NCBI RefSeq assembly: GCF_006345805.1
Contig: NW_021823624.1
Span: forward strand, 1 to 22,646
Direction of reading: 5' to 3'
Source: Octopus sinensis
Lineage: Eukaryota
Length of the DNA stretch: 22,646 nucleotides
The position numbers and the translations under genes were made by a program. The notes under the pieces were generated by a model that was given only the letters and a program-made list of their open reading frames with translations, was not told the DNA's origin and searched no databases. Below, piece after piece: positions 1-10,270 of this stretch (position 1 is its first letter; each line of letters starts with the position of its first letter).

Positions 1-427
1 GCTGTGACTTTGTGCCCGGAGATCTTGACTTCTAGCTTCCTACTTAAATATACATAAGTATTCAATTAGACAAAGCGTGCTGGTTTATGATCCAAAACGC
101 TATGAAGTGAATTTCTATTTTATAGTAAGCGTTGTGATCCCATTTTCTAGCCAAACAATTGACTGATATTCAAGGTTATTTCATTTTGCATTTCCTTCGG
201 TCCTCCCTCTTTCCTTCAATCCACACCAACAACAACATGATATTCTTCCCTTCTGCAAGCTGCTACATTTTCATACGGGTCTAATCATAACCTTGTTTAT
301 GAACGTTGCTATAAATCATAGAACCCTATTTATCATACAGCCTAATATCCATGTTCAGTCTATAATACCCTATACCATTTTTAACGTCAAATGCCATTTG
401 TCATCCCCGCCCTAGCGTCAAATTAGT

Positions 428-429
<2 letters not shown>

Positions 430-502
<73 letters not shown>

Positions 503-508
503 CACACA
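430..508. repeat. (CA)n microsatellite
   Basis: Nearly pure CA array with one CG interruption. Confidence 0.98.
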
Positions 509-781
509 TACTAGCATCAAACGTAACATGTTACCAAATGTACCTCATACTGTACTGTTCAAAGTATATTCTTTCATCAATTATAAACTTTCGTTTAAGA
601 CTTAGATTTATTGTATATTATACCCTTTTAATGTCATTTATTGGATCGTATAACCTCGAATAATCTCTCGCGTTAGCTTTATTTGTATCATATATTACAT
701 TAATATACCGCATTAATGTCAGATTTATCAAATACTATATACTATATTAGCATGAGTTATATATTATAGCTCTTCAACTTC

Positions 782-990
782 GTGTGTGTCTCCATATGTT
801 TGTCTTTGTCCCCACCACCTCTTGACCATCGGTGTTGGTGTGTTTATGTCCCCATAACTTAGCGGTACGGCAAAAGAACCGTGGACGATTTGTTCGACTA
901 AAAAGATGTACCGACTAAACTCTTGAAAGAGGTGCACCAGTATGGCCGCCGTCTAATGACTGAAACAAGTAAAGGATACAAAATAAAGGA
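782..990 (+). mobile_element. 3' half of CORE-like tRNA-SINE (octopus OR-type), diverged
   Basis: TTTGTCCCACC..GGTGTGTTTATGTCCCCATAACTTAGCGG..GGCAAAAG..ATGACTGAAACAAGTAAA matches the 3' half of the intact copy at 20849-21324. Confidence 0.85.
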
Positions 991-1357
991 TAACGTCGAT
1001 TATATTATATAATATATTTTAGCGTCAATTGTATAATATTTTGTATCCGATAAATATCAATAAATATACCATTACAGCTGTATTCTATACAGTAGTAACG
1101 CAATATTTATCAGAAATAATAGGAAATGTGATAGAAGGGGAGGCTTTTGTCACATACATAGTCATTCTAACTACATGGGATAGATATGTTGTATATGGCA
1201 ATTACGCTTTATGTAATAATGATGCTATCTTTGTAGTAGTTATGTGGTAAGTTGCTTTCATCTTGTATGTGGTAATTATCCCGTGTTAACTATGTTGAAC
1301 ATTCTATATGGCAATTATGCTGTATATGTTAATTATGTTGTATATTGTAATACTGTA

Positions 1358-1592
1358 GGGGACACGTGGCCAAGTTGTTAGGGCGGTGCTCTCATGATCG
1401 CGAGACAGTGGGTTCGATATACAGGCTGGACAAACTTGTTACGTCCTTGGAGTAAAACCCTTTATCTGGCGTTGTTCTACGATCCCTTTGACATCTGACT
1501 TGCGGCACCCCGTGTCCCTGCACAGGCTGTGTTGACTTGATGAAGGGAGCGAACACCTGTGCAGCACGTACTTTTGATTAATATAAACAAAT
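1358..1592 (+). mobile_element. tRNA-derived SINE (separate family)
   Basis: tRNA-like head with A box TGGCCAAGTTG (1367-1377) and B-box-like GGTTCGATAT (1411-1420), followed by a non-tRNA body; no intact cloverleaf or acceptor stem. Confidence 0.7.
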
Positions 1593-1842
1593 GAGTTCGT
1601 ATTTAATGATTATGTTCTTCATAGTAGCCATGTTGTTGTTGTTGGTAATTATTTTGGATCTGGTGATTATGTATGTTTTTTTGTTTTTCGTTTTGGTTTA
1701 CGTTGTGTTTATTAGTGCATATGGCATTGCTGCTGATGATAATGGTGATGATGATGATGATATCGTTTCCGAGTTTTGTTGCTGCTGAACCGAGTTGTAT
1801 TGTTGCTGAAATTCGTACCCAATGATGTTTGTTGCATTATAC

Positions 1843-1845
<3 letters not shown>

Positions 1846-1879
<34 letters not shown>

Positions 1880-1889
1880 ACACACACAC

Positions 1890-1928
<39 letters not shown>

Positions 1929-1975
1929 GCAGGCACGCGAACACGCACACATACGTACATACACACACACACACA
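1846..1975. repeat. Interrupted (CA)n microsatellite
   Basis: Direct reading; explains the HT/CV ORFs at 1712-2064. Confidence 0.97.
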
Positions 1976-2174
1976 GGCATACACTGAAGCACCCACAGCA
2001 ACAACAACAACATCTACGTGTGTGTTTCTGTACTGGTGTCATAGTTGTAGTTGCACCTAGTTAATTTTCATTCATACACATGTAATAGGTATGGATTATT
2101 TCAATAAAAACAAAGAAAAATCACAACTACTGCTGCTAATGCTACTACTAGCAACAACAACAGCAACTACGACA

Positions 2175-2175
<1 letters not shown>

Positions 2176-2212
<37 letters not shown>

Positions 2213-2252
2213 TAGAAGAAGTATTATTATTATTATTTATTATTATTATTAA

Positions 2253-2314
<62 letters not shown>

Positions 2315-2320
2315 TATTTG

Positions 2321-2362
<42 letters not shown>

Positions 2363-2427
2363 TAATAATAATAATATAATCATAATAATAATGCTGATGA
2401 TGATAATAATATAATAACAACAATAAC

Positions 2428-2517
<90 letters not shown>

Positions 2518-2522
2518 AAGAA
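2176..2522. repeat. Compound trinucleotide array (AAT)n-(ATT)n-(AAT)n-(AAG)n
   Basis: Direct reading; strand orientation flips at about 2220 and 2319. Confidence 0.97.
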
Positions 2523-2893
2523 TATTTCGTTTCTGGATTTGGTTTGTAAAGTATTATGCCCGCCAACGTTTCGTTTTTTATTTTAATTTTGTTTACTTTC
2601 TCTTTTCTTTTCTAAACTGCTATCTCCTTTCTTAATTAACATATTCCTATAAATCTTAGATGCAAGCTTGGTGCACAAATCCCAGTTTTAAATGTTAACT
2701 GCACCTAAAGAACTGAATACACTGTAATATTACCAGAGTGAAGAGAATGGTGACAGAGTGGCAGAATGGTGACAGTGTGCCGCGTAGAATTTACTCCAGT
2801 GTTTATTGCATGAACTTTTATTTTGGATTTAAACTGCATCTGCATAGATTTTGCTTTTCTTCCAACGAAGTTTGATTAATCACATAGAATATT

Positions 2894-3301
2894 CTTTTCT
2901 ACACTAGGCACAAAGACCGAAGTTTTGGCGGAGGGAGCCAGTCGATTAGATCAACCCCAGTACGAAACTAGTACTTAATTTATCGACCTCGTAAGGATGA
3001 AAGGCAAAGTCGACCTCGGCGGAATTTGAACTGAGAACGTAAAGGCTGGCGAAATACCTGTTTCTATTTCTTTACTACCCTCAAGGGGCTAAACACAGAG
3101 AGGACAAACAAGGACAGACAAACGGATTAAGTCGATTATATCGACCCCAGTGCGTAGCTGGTACTATTTAATCGACCCCGAAAGGAAAAAAGGCAAAGTC
3201 GACCGCGGCGAAATTTGAACTCAGAACGTAACAGCAGACGAAATACGGCTACGCATTTCGCCCGGCGTGCTGACGATTCTGCCAGCTCGCCGCCTTATAT
3301 T
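2894..3301 (-). mobile_element. Dimeric tRNA-SINE: full monomer (about 3059-3296) plus 5'-truncated related monomer (2894-3058)
   Basis: Two copies of the central domain (sense GTCGACTTTGCCTTTCATCCTT..GGTCGATAAATTAAGTACC). One head with A box TGGCAGAATCG and B box GAGTTCAAATT. 12-bp direct repeat ACATAGAATATT at 2882-2893 and 3302-3313. Confidence 0.9.
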
Positions 3302-3417
3302 ACATAGAATATTACTCTGGGAACTGTCTCAAGCTTATATTCTTTTATTTGTTCCAGTCATTTGATTGAGGCCATCAATAAGTTAGAAATGTTAACTATA
3401 ACTAATAATCAACATTA

Positions 3418-3623
3418 TTATAGGCACAAGACCTGAAATTTCTAGGGAGGGGGTAAATCGATTACATCGATCCCAGTTCATAACTGGTACTTAATTTATC
3501 AACCCCGAAAGGATGAAAGGCAATGTCGACCTCGGCGTAATTTGAACTTAGAACGTAAAGACGGACGAAATGACGCTAAGCATTTTGCTCGGCGTGCTAA
3601 CGATTCTGCCAGCTCACCGTCCT
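3418..3623 (-). mobile_element. Full-length tRNA-SINE monomer with TSD
   Basis: Head with A/B boxes, the same central domain, and a tail ending ..CTTGTGCCTA. TSD TAATCAACATTA at 3406-3417 and 3624-3635. Confidence 0.92.
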
Positions 3624-3639
3624 TAATCAACATTAATAA

Positions 3640-3843
3640 TAATCTTTTCTACTCTAGGCACAAGGCTAGAAATTTTGGGGGAGGGGGCCAGTCAATTAGA
3701 TTGACTCCAGTACGCAACTGGTACTTAATTTATCGACCTCGTAAGGATGAAAGGCAAAGTCGACCTCGGCGGAATTTGAACTGAGAACGTAAAGGCTGGT
3801 GAAATAACTATTTCTATTTCTTTACTACCCACAAGGGGCTAAA
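3640..3843 (-). mobile_element. 5'-truncated copy of the SINE dimer
   Basis: Collinear with 2894-3093 at offset 750, including the same monomer junction (GAAATA..TTTCTATTTCTTTACTACCC). Confidence 0.9.
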
Positions 3844-3909
3844 AAAGAAAACAACAAACAAAGATATGTATTGTGACAGAGGCAGTATTAGTACGAGGCG
3901 CAATATTTA

Positions 3910-4222
3910 TCTCCACTTAAACGTGGATGTTCCGTTTGAACAAATTATACTGCGGTAGATATCATGAGAGAAATTCTCATATTGGCTTTTGGTACATGGA
4001 GCTTTAGGTGTTTTCGCCCAATAAACACACACAACGCCCGGTCTGAGAATCGAAACCGCGATCCTACGACCGCGAGTCCGCTGCCCTAACCGCTGCGCCA
4101 TTGTGCCTCCACGTTTATATATATATATTAGCAACAGAAATTAATAGCTTTCTCCACTTAAACGTGGACGTTCTGCTAGAACAAACTATACTGCTGTAAA
4201 TATCATGAGAGAAACTCTGATA
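3910..4222 (+). repeat. About 72-bp direct repeat (3910-3981 and 4151-4222), about 87% identical
   Basis: TCTCCACTTAAACGTGGA..ATATCATGAGAGAAA..CT occurs twice, flanking a SINE head. Confidence 0.9.
3990..4112 (-). mobile_element. 5' portion of a tRNA-derived SINE (OR-like head)
   Basis: Minus strand reads GGAGGCACAATGGCGCAGCGGTTAGGGCAGCGGACTCGCGGTCGTAGGATCGCGGTTTCGATTCTCAGACCGGGCG, a tRNA-like head with A/B boxes, then a short body that is truncated. Confidence 0.85.
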
Positions 4223-4619
4223 CAGGGTTTTCAGAAACATGGGAGATGATTGAGAATGAAAAATAGAAAAGGGTTGGGAAAAACGAGATTAATTAAGAAT
4301 TATGGAAAGAAAAGAGGGGATTAAGTAGAAAAAAAATTCTTTCTGCTCGTTTAAGAAAAGAGCAGAATTAATTGTTCATCTACCGAAATAATAAAGACAA
4401 ATATTTCAAAAAGCATGCACGCGGTTTCTTTAATGAAAAATTCCAGAGAAGTCTTGTAAAAATGTATTCCCAATTCAAAAAAGCACAGCCGGTTCCTTTC
4501 ATATCATTTAGTGATTTTTTAGAATGGAAAAATGTAAATCTAAACAGTTTGCCATTATTAACAGTGGTTCGTAAAATATAAAACGTTACCAAAGGGCATT
4601 TTCAAACCACTTCTGTGAT

Positions 4620-5720
4620 AATGGTGTAATGACAATGGTGTTTGTAATTCTGGCAGGAGTGGTGAAACGGTTATGGTGGTGGCGGGTTGGTAGAACTCGT
4701 GTTGGTAATCGCCGTCGTCATGGTGATGGACAGACTCGTGACGATGGTGGTGGTCGTGGTGGTAAGGATGCTCTAATGACGGTAGTGGTTGTAGTAGTGG
4801 TGGTTACAGCCGTACATGAGAGGATAGAAGTGATAGTTGATGTAAATGGCGGTTGCAGAGGTAATGGTGGTTGTGGAGGTCATGATACTGCTGGTGGTGG
4901 CGGTGGTGGTGGTTGTGGTAGCGGTGGTGGTAGTAGTTGTGATACTGGTATTGAACAGAGTTGTAGTGGTATTAGTAATGGTGATAGTTGTGGTGCTGCT
5001 GCTTGTTGTGATAGTGTTGTGCCAATGGTGACGGGTGATGCAGGCGATAGTTTGCTGGGATCATGGCTGAGGGGATTCGTGGCGGAGGAAATGGTGGCTG
5101 TTATAGAGACGATGGCTGCACATATGATGGTGGGTGTTGGTGGTGACTGTTACGAGTGTGTGGATTGTGGGTGGTAGAAGTGCTTACAGTAGGGGTTGCA
5201 GTAGTAGTAGCGGTAGAGATTGCTGTGGTGATGGTGGTAGTGGTAGTGGTGGAAGTGGTAGTGGTCGTCGTGTTGGTGGTGATGATGGTGTTTGTGACAT
5301 CATGGCTGGTATTGGTTTCTCAGTCTACATTGCTTCTGTTGCTTCTGTTGCAGTTGATGATGGGGAGGATAAGATGGAGGAAAAGAAGAAGGGGAGCAGG
5401 AGGAGGAGGAGAAAGAGAAGGAGGAGATGAAGAAAGTTAATGATGGTGTTAGGGGTTGTGGAGATTATGAGGATAAGGACGATAAGTTTGTAGGTGTGGT
5501 GGTGTTGTATGTTTGTATTAGTGTTGGTGCTAGTAGTGGTGGTGGTGGTGATGGTGATGGAGACGACGACGACGAGGATGGCGTGGACAACGATGACGAC
5601 GATGACGATGATAATGACCACGACGATGACGGCGACTACGACAACGACGACGATACTAATTACGACGATGACGAAGATGTTGATAATGCTGATAGAGATA
5701 ATGACGATTTTAACTGTGGT
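4620..5720. repeat. G-rich cryptic trinucleotide region (GGT/GTA/GAG/GAT/GAC)
   Basis: Degenerate triplet runs that change motif along the block; gives V/G-rich and D-rich pseudo-ORFs. Confidence 0.85.
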
Positions 5721-6282
5721 TTCATTTTTGTTTTTAATTTCTTTTCTTCTTTACTGCGAATGCAATGAAAGTGGATGAGAAAGAGTCAGTATCCAGAAGA
5801 AGTTAAGCATCATTTCGATGCGTTCAATGAAAGTTTCCAAGAATGTGAACGAGATGCTGAACGATGGAGGGAAAGAGGAAGGAAGAAGGACTCTTCACCG
5901 AAGATATTTTTCAGTCACAACATTAAAACTGTTTTACTAATTGCCCCAAGGAAACTGTAAACACCTGAACTCCCTGTTCCATTCATGCCGAAATGATACG
6001 GAAATACACGAGCAGGGCAAGACAGCTGAACACACACGCACTTATATTGCATACATATACACACACAGACACATACAGTCACTTACATACACGCAGGTTC
6101 ACTCTCTCTTTCTCTTTCTCTCCATCTCTTTCTCTTTCACACACTCACACACACAGAAAAAATACAAACACCTACCGCGGGGGATATAAGAATGTTTACA
6201 TTCATATTTCATTTACGATGTGGAGACGTGGATAAGTAATAATGAAATTTACTTCAGATTTTCTAACGCTGCCTTGTTTATA

Positions 6283-6469
6283 ATGTGTATATGTGTGTGT
6301 GTGTGTGTATGTGTGCGTATGTGTGTGTGTATGTGTGTATGTGTGTGTGTGCATATATATATATAGACCTATGCAGATATATATATATGTATATACATAT
6401 GCATGTGTGTATATATATATACACAGATATATACATACATAGATTATATACATCATGCATATACATAAA

Positions 6470-6556
<87 letters not shown>

Positions 6557-6580
6557 TTTATGTATGTGTATGTGTGTGTG
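6283..6580. repeat. (TG)n/(TA)n compound microsatellite
   Basis: Direct reading; pure (TA)n at about 6474-6552. Confidence 0.97.
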
Positions 6581-6584
6581 AGTA

Positions 6585-6796
6585 AATTTGTATTTGTCGC
6601 CGCCATTTGGCAATCATTGTTGAATTGTTTATGTCCCAGTGATGTAGCAGTTCGGCAAAAGAGTATCATAAAATAAGTACTACACTTCAAATAAAAGCAA
6701 GAAAAAAGTACAGAGATCGATTTTTCGTCTAAACCTCGTCAAAGCGGTGTCCCAGCATGTCCGCTGTCCATTGACTGAAACAAATAAAAAAAAAAA
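6585..6796 (+). mobile_element. Old 3' half of CORE-like OR-type SINE
   Basis: TGTTTATGTCCC..GTTCGGCAAAAGAG..ATAAGTACTA..GCGGTGTCCCAGCATG..TGACTGAAACAAATAAAA aligns with 21125-21324. Confidence 0.75.
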
Positions 6797-6884
6797 GCAT
6801 GATGAAGGACATGCAAGGAAGATGGAGATTGTGTGCAATAAGAAAACGGTTTTTTTGAAGGAGAAATTTAATGGTAGCAAATTT

Positions 6885-7086
6885 TAGCACAAGGCCAATA
6901 ATGTCGTGGGGAGGGCGTAAGTCGATTACATCGAGTCCAGTCTTCGACTAGTGCTTGTTTTATCGACTCTGAAAGTGTGATAGGCAATGTTGGCCTCGGT
7001 AGAATTTGAACTCAGAGCGTGAGACGGACGAAATGCCGCTAAGCATTTTGTTCGGCATGCTAACGATTCCACCAGCTCACTACCTT
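6885..7086 (-). mobile_element. Diverged full-length tRNA-SINE monomer
   Basis: Same layout as 3418-3623 (GCACAAGG tail, central domain, AATTTGAACTC B box, head). Confidence 0.85.
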
Positions 7087-7087
7087 C

Positions 7088-7285
7088 ATATGTGTGCATG
7101 TGTGCGGGTGTGTGTGTATGTGCGTGCGCGTGTGTACATATATATATATATATATACATAGTATATGTTTTATTATATATATACAGGCGTATATATATGA
7201 TATATGAATATAGATATATATATATATATATATTATATATATAATATATATATAATTATCTATATATATATATATATATTATATT
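7088..7285. repeat. (TG)n/(TA)n low-complexity array
   Basis: Direct reading. Confidence 0.95.
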
Positions 7286-7595
7286 TATTAAAATCTCAGG
7301 GAATAATTAATAAGTATTCCAGGGTATCAGGATATTTACAATTTTTACACACTTTACTATGCAATTAAACAGTATCATTTACAATATTATTACATTTTTT
7401 GGATTTTGCCAATAGAACCGCAACTCCTTTTTAGGATAACCTTATTGTATGGAATACACATAGAAAGTTATATCCAATAAAATAATATAAGTATTTTAAA
7501 AAATCTACTATAAAATACAATAAAATTAAAAAAAATATTTGAATAAATCTATATAACTTACCTGTTATTAGTCTGTGGGGAAAGAAGATATTTTT

Positions 7596-7686
7596 AATCA
7601 ACGCTACACGTGTTTCTGCGCTGGTGGGGAATTTATAAAGGCTATATCTAATACATAAATCCACCAGTGCGTCCTCAGGTAAATTT
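7596..7686 (-). ncRNA. Degenerate minimal type I hammerhead-ribozyme-like motif
   Basis: Minus strand: CUGAGGA, long stem II (CUGGUGG/CCACCAG plus AUUUAU/AUAAAU), GAA, then the palindrome ACACGUGU and A (GUA site). Stem I pairs poorly. Confidence 0.45.
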
Positions 7687-8401
7687 TTCTTTTTGTTATT
7701 ATTATTAACGGATCAAAGTTAAAAATACATATCATAAGTCATATTAAACAGAAAAATAAAAATATGAATACAAATATGATAAAAGAAAAACATAAAAAAA
7801 TTTATAAATTACAAATATATTTCTTGAAAAATTAAAAAATTAAATATATTTAAACACCCAAAATTACAATACCGATATATATAGAAAATGCTAAACCTAA
7901 GGAAACCCTCAACGACTATATTATAAACACGTCAACTCCAACAACCTATCTATATAAACATTACGGGAATTAATATTTTAGTGTAAGATTTACCCCTATC
8001 TATACAAGTATAAATTTCCATTTTTTATGTCAAACGTAAGTTAATAGTATTTTACTAGTATTTAAAAAAGGTTATTTAGCAAAAATTACTATATACGTTA
8101 TAAATTTATGGAATAAAACTATTCAATAATTTGTTGACTTTATTAAATTTTTTACTGTTTCTTTGTATAACAGTACTTACTCGATTAGTAAATATTGCTC
8201 TGATTTTTTTTATCACAGTCATAGTCTGTCTCTTTTAAACAAACATCACGGTAGTCCAACAACAGAGGGAGAAGCAATTTGTCAAGTTTTACCTTCCCCT
8301 CAAAGCAACAGGGAGATTACAATTCTGCAGTCCATGTGTAAGCTTTGCAATGTGTGTTTGTGTGTGAGAGAGAACATTGCAAACAATGAAATAAACATGA
8401 A

Positions 8402-8442
8402 ATCTTCCAGATTATCTCCATCATAGAGATAACCTGGAAGAT
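8402..8442. repeat. Near-perfect hairpin (16/17 bp stem, 7-nt loop)
   Basis: ATCTTCCAG-A-TTATCTC / CATCATA / GAGATAA-C-CTGGAAGAT. Confidence 0.9.
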
Positions 8443-8539
8443 GTGTATTCATCCAATACAATTGAAGAAATAGACATAATTGAATGTTTACCGGCTGATG
8501 TCTGTCGATTTTGTATCCTCTCCATTTTCTACTTGGTCG

Positions 8540-8618
8540 TATATATATATATATCGTATATATATATTATATATATTATAATATATATATATATATATAT
8601 GTTTATATATATATATAT

Positions 8619-8660
<42 letters not shown>

Positions 8661-8665
8661 ATTAT

Positions 8666-8696
<31 letters not shown>

Positions 8697-8710
8697 TACA
8701 TATATATGTG
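8540..8710. repeat. Interrupted (TA)n array
   Basis: Direct reading. Confidence 0.96.
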
Positions 8711-8773
8711 TGTCAATCCATCACCATCAATCCATACATAGATCATACGTACTACATACATAACGTATGGTAA

Positions 8774-8831
8774 TCTGAACCTGAATGAGACGGCTTCCGT
8801 TAGAGGCCCGCGAAACTTTAGGTTGCTTGGA
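8774..8831 (+). ncRNA. Degenerate minimal type I hammerhead-ribozyme-like motif
   Basis: UCUGAAC, CUGAAUGA (one extra A), stem II GGCUUC/GAGGCC, GAAA, CUUUAG, GUU, GCUUGGA. Stem I pairs at 6 of 7 positions including two G.U. Confidence 0.35.
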
Positions 8832-8865
8832 GCCGAATCAAAATGTTTTAAAAAATAATGCATAC

Positions 8866-8893
8866 ATACATAGATACACACACACACACACAT

Positions 8894-8930
<37 letters not shown>

Positions 8931-8996
8931 CATAAATACATGAATACATATATATATATACACATACATACATACATACATACATACATACATACA

Positions 8997-9032
<36 letters not shown>

Positions 9033-9173
9033 CATACACATATATGAATATATATGTATTCATGCTTAGGTGTGCATGTATGTATGTGTGTATGTATATA
9101 TGTGTATGTGTGTGTATGTTGGTATATACGTATTACATGAACATACATATGTGCATGCACAGATGTACGTATT

Positions 9174-9221
<48 letters not shown>

Positions 9222-9230
9222 TAATATATG
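8866..9230. repeat. (CA)n/(TACA)n/(TA)n compound microsatellite
   Basis: Direct reading. Confidence 0.96.
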
Positions 9231-9749
9231 TACAACACATCACGCACACACACTCACACAGTTAGAGAGACAGAAAGAGAGAGGGAGATAGATCAGTGTG
9301 TGTGTTAGTTTGCATATATGTACGTAAGTACGCGCGTTTGTCAGCACATAGCTGAGGTCATTCCGAGTCAATCTTTACCAATTATATACGGACCGGTAGA
9401 ATTTGTTCATCAGACACAAGGTTACCTAATTAACAAGCGACACTTACCTAATTCCATCCCCGAAAAAATTAGTTCCTTTTCAAAACTCTCATATCTCAGT
9501 ATTGTTCGCAATAGGTCTAAAATAGCAACATTTTGGCACTGAATAAATGCGATCAGACAGAAGGCACCCCAAATTAGTGTTACGATTCTGATTGCTTAAA
9601 ATAAAGTGCCGAAGGGCAATCGAAAAACTCTAATGAAAACAATTGAATATCAAGTTAGGGAGGAGAGTGTATGTGAGGGTATATGTATGTGTGTGCGTGA
9701 TAAGAGGCTGATAAGAGCACTAAGCAATTACAAATATGTACGAATATAT

Positions 9750-10201
9750 ACATATATATACATACATACATATATATAATATATGTATATGTATATATAC
9801 AATATATATATATATATATATATATATAGATATGTATATATATATGTATATATACATATGTACACATGTATATATATATATATAATATATATATATATAC
9901 TTATATCAATCAATAATATGTATACATATACGTATATTACATCGGTTGAATGTTGAAAATTAATAGACGTATATTAGACGAGAGGGGCGTGCGTGTTAGT
10001 GTATGTACATTTATGAATATACACACTTACACACATACACGCACACACAGACCATATATGATATTTATGTATTGTATTCCTATATATGTACATATGTATA
10101 TATGTCTTGCATGTATATGCATATTACGTATACGTATATATATATATATATAATACACCCATATATATATATGTGTATGTGTGTGTGTGTGCGTGTGTCT
10201 G

Positions 10202-10245
<44 letters not shown>

Positions 10246-10270
10246 TTATATATATATATATATATATATG
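9750..10270. repeat. (TA)n/(TG)n-rich low-complexity block
   Basis: Direct reading; source of the YI/CV ORFs. Confidence 0.93.

Noticed and set aside
2545-2575. Minus-strand CGAAACGTTGG resembling a hammerhead GAAAC/stem III next to (TTC)n(TTA)n
   Set aside because: No CUGANGA or stem II upstream.
2744-2781. 19-bp tandem duplication AGAATGGTGACAG(A/T)GTG(G/C)C x2
   Set aside because: Two imperfect copies only; ordinary slippage duplication.
2881-3843. Repeated similar segments that could suggest a CRISPR array
   Set aside because: They are 200-400 bp SINE copies with Pol III boxes and TSDs in eukaryotic DNA; no regular repeat-spacer pattern or cas genes.
4030-4112. Possible genuine tRNA gene (also the heads at 1358 and 20849)
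   Set aside because: A/B boxes are present but there is no complete acceptor stem or poly-T terminator, and each runs into a SINE body.
4780-5060. Thr-rich mucin-like reading on the minus strand
   Set aside because: Only about 95 codons between stops, and simply the complement of the same GGT/AGT repeats.
4629-5177. Longest ORF (182 aa, Gly/Val-rich)
   Set aside because: Arises from GGT/GTA triplet repeats that lack stops; overlapping frames are equally open and there is no domain signal.
5427-5768. Asp-rich ORF resembling acidic biomineralisation proteins
   Set aside because: Encoded by a degenerate GAT/GAC microsatellite continuous with neighbouring triplet runs; no convincing signal peptide or gene structure.
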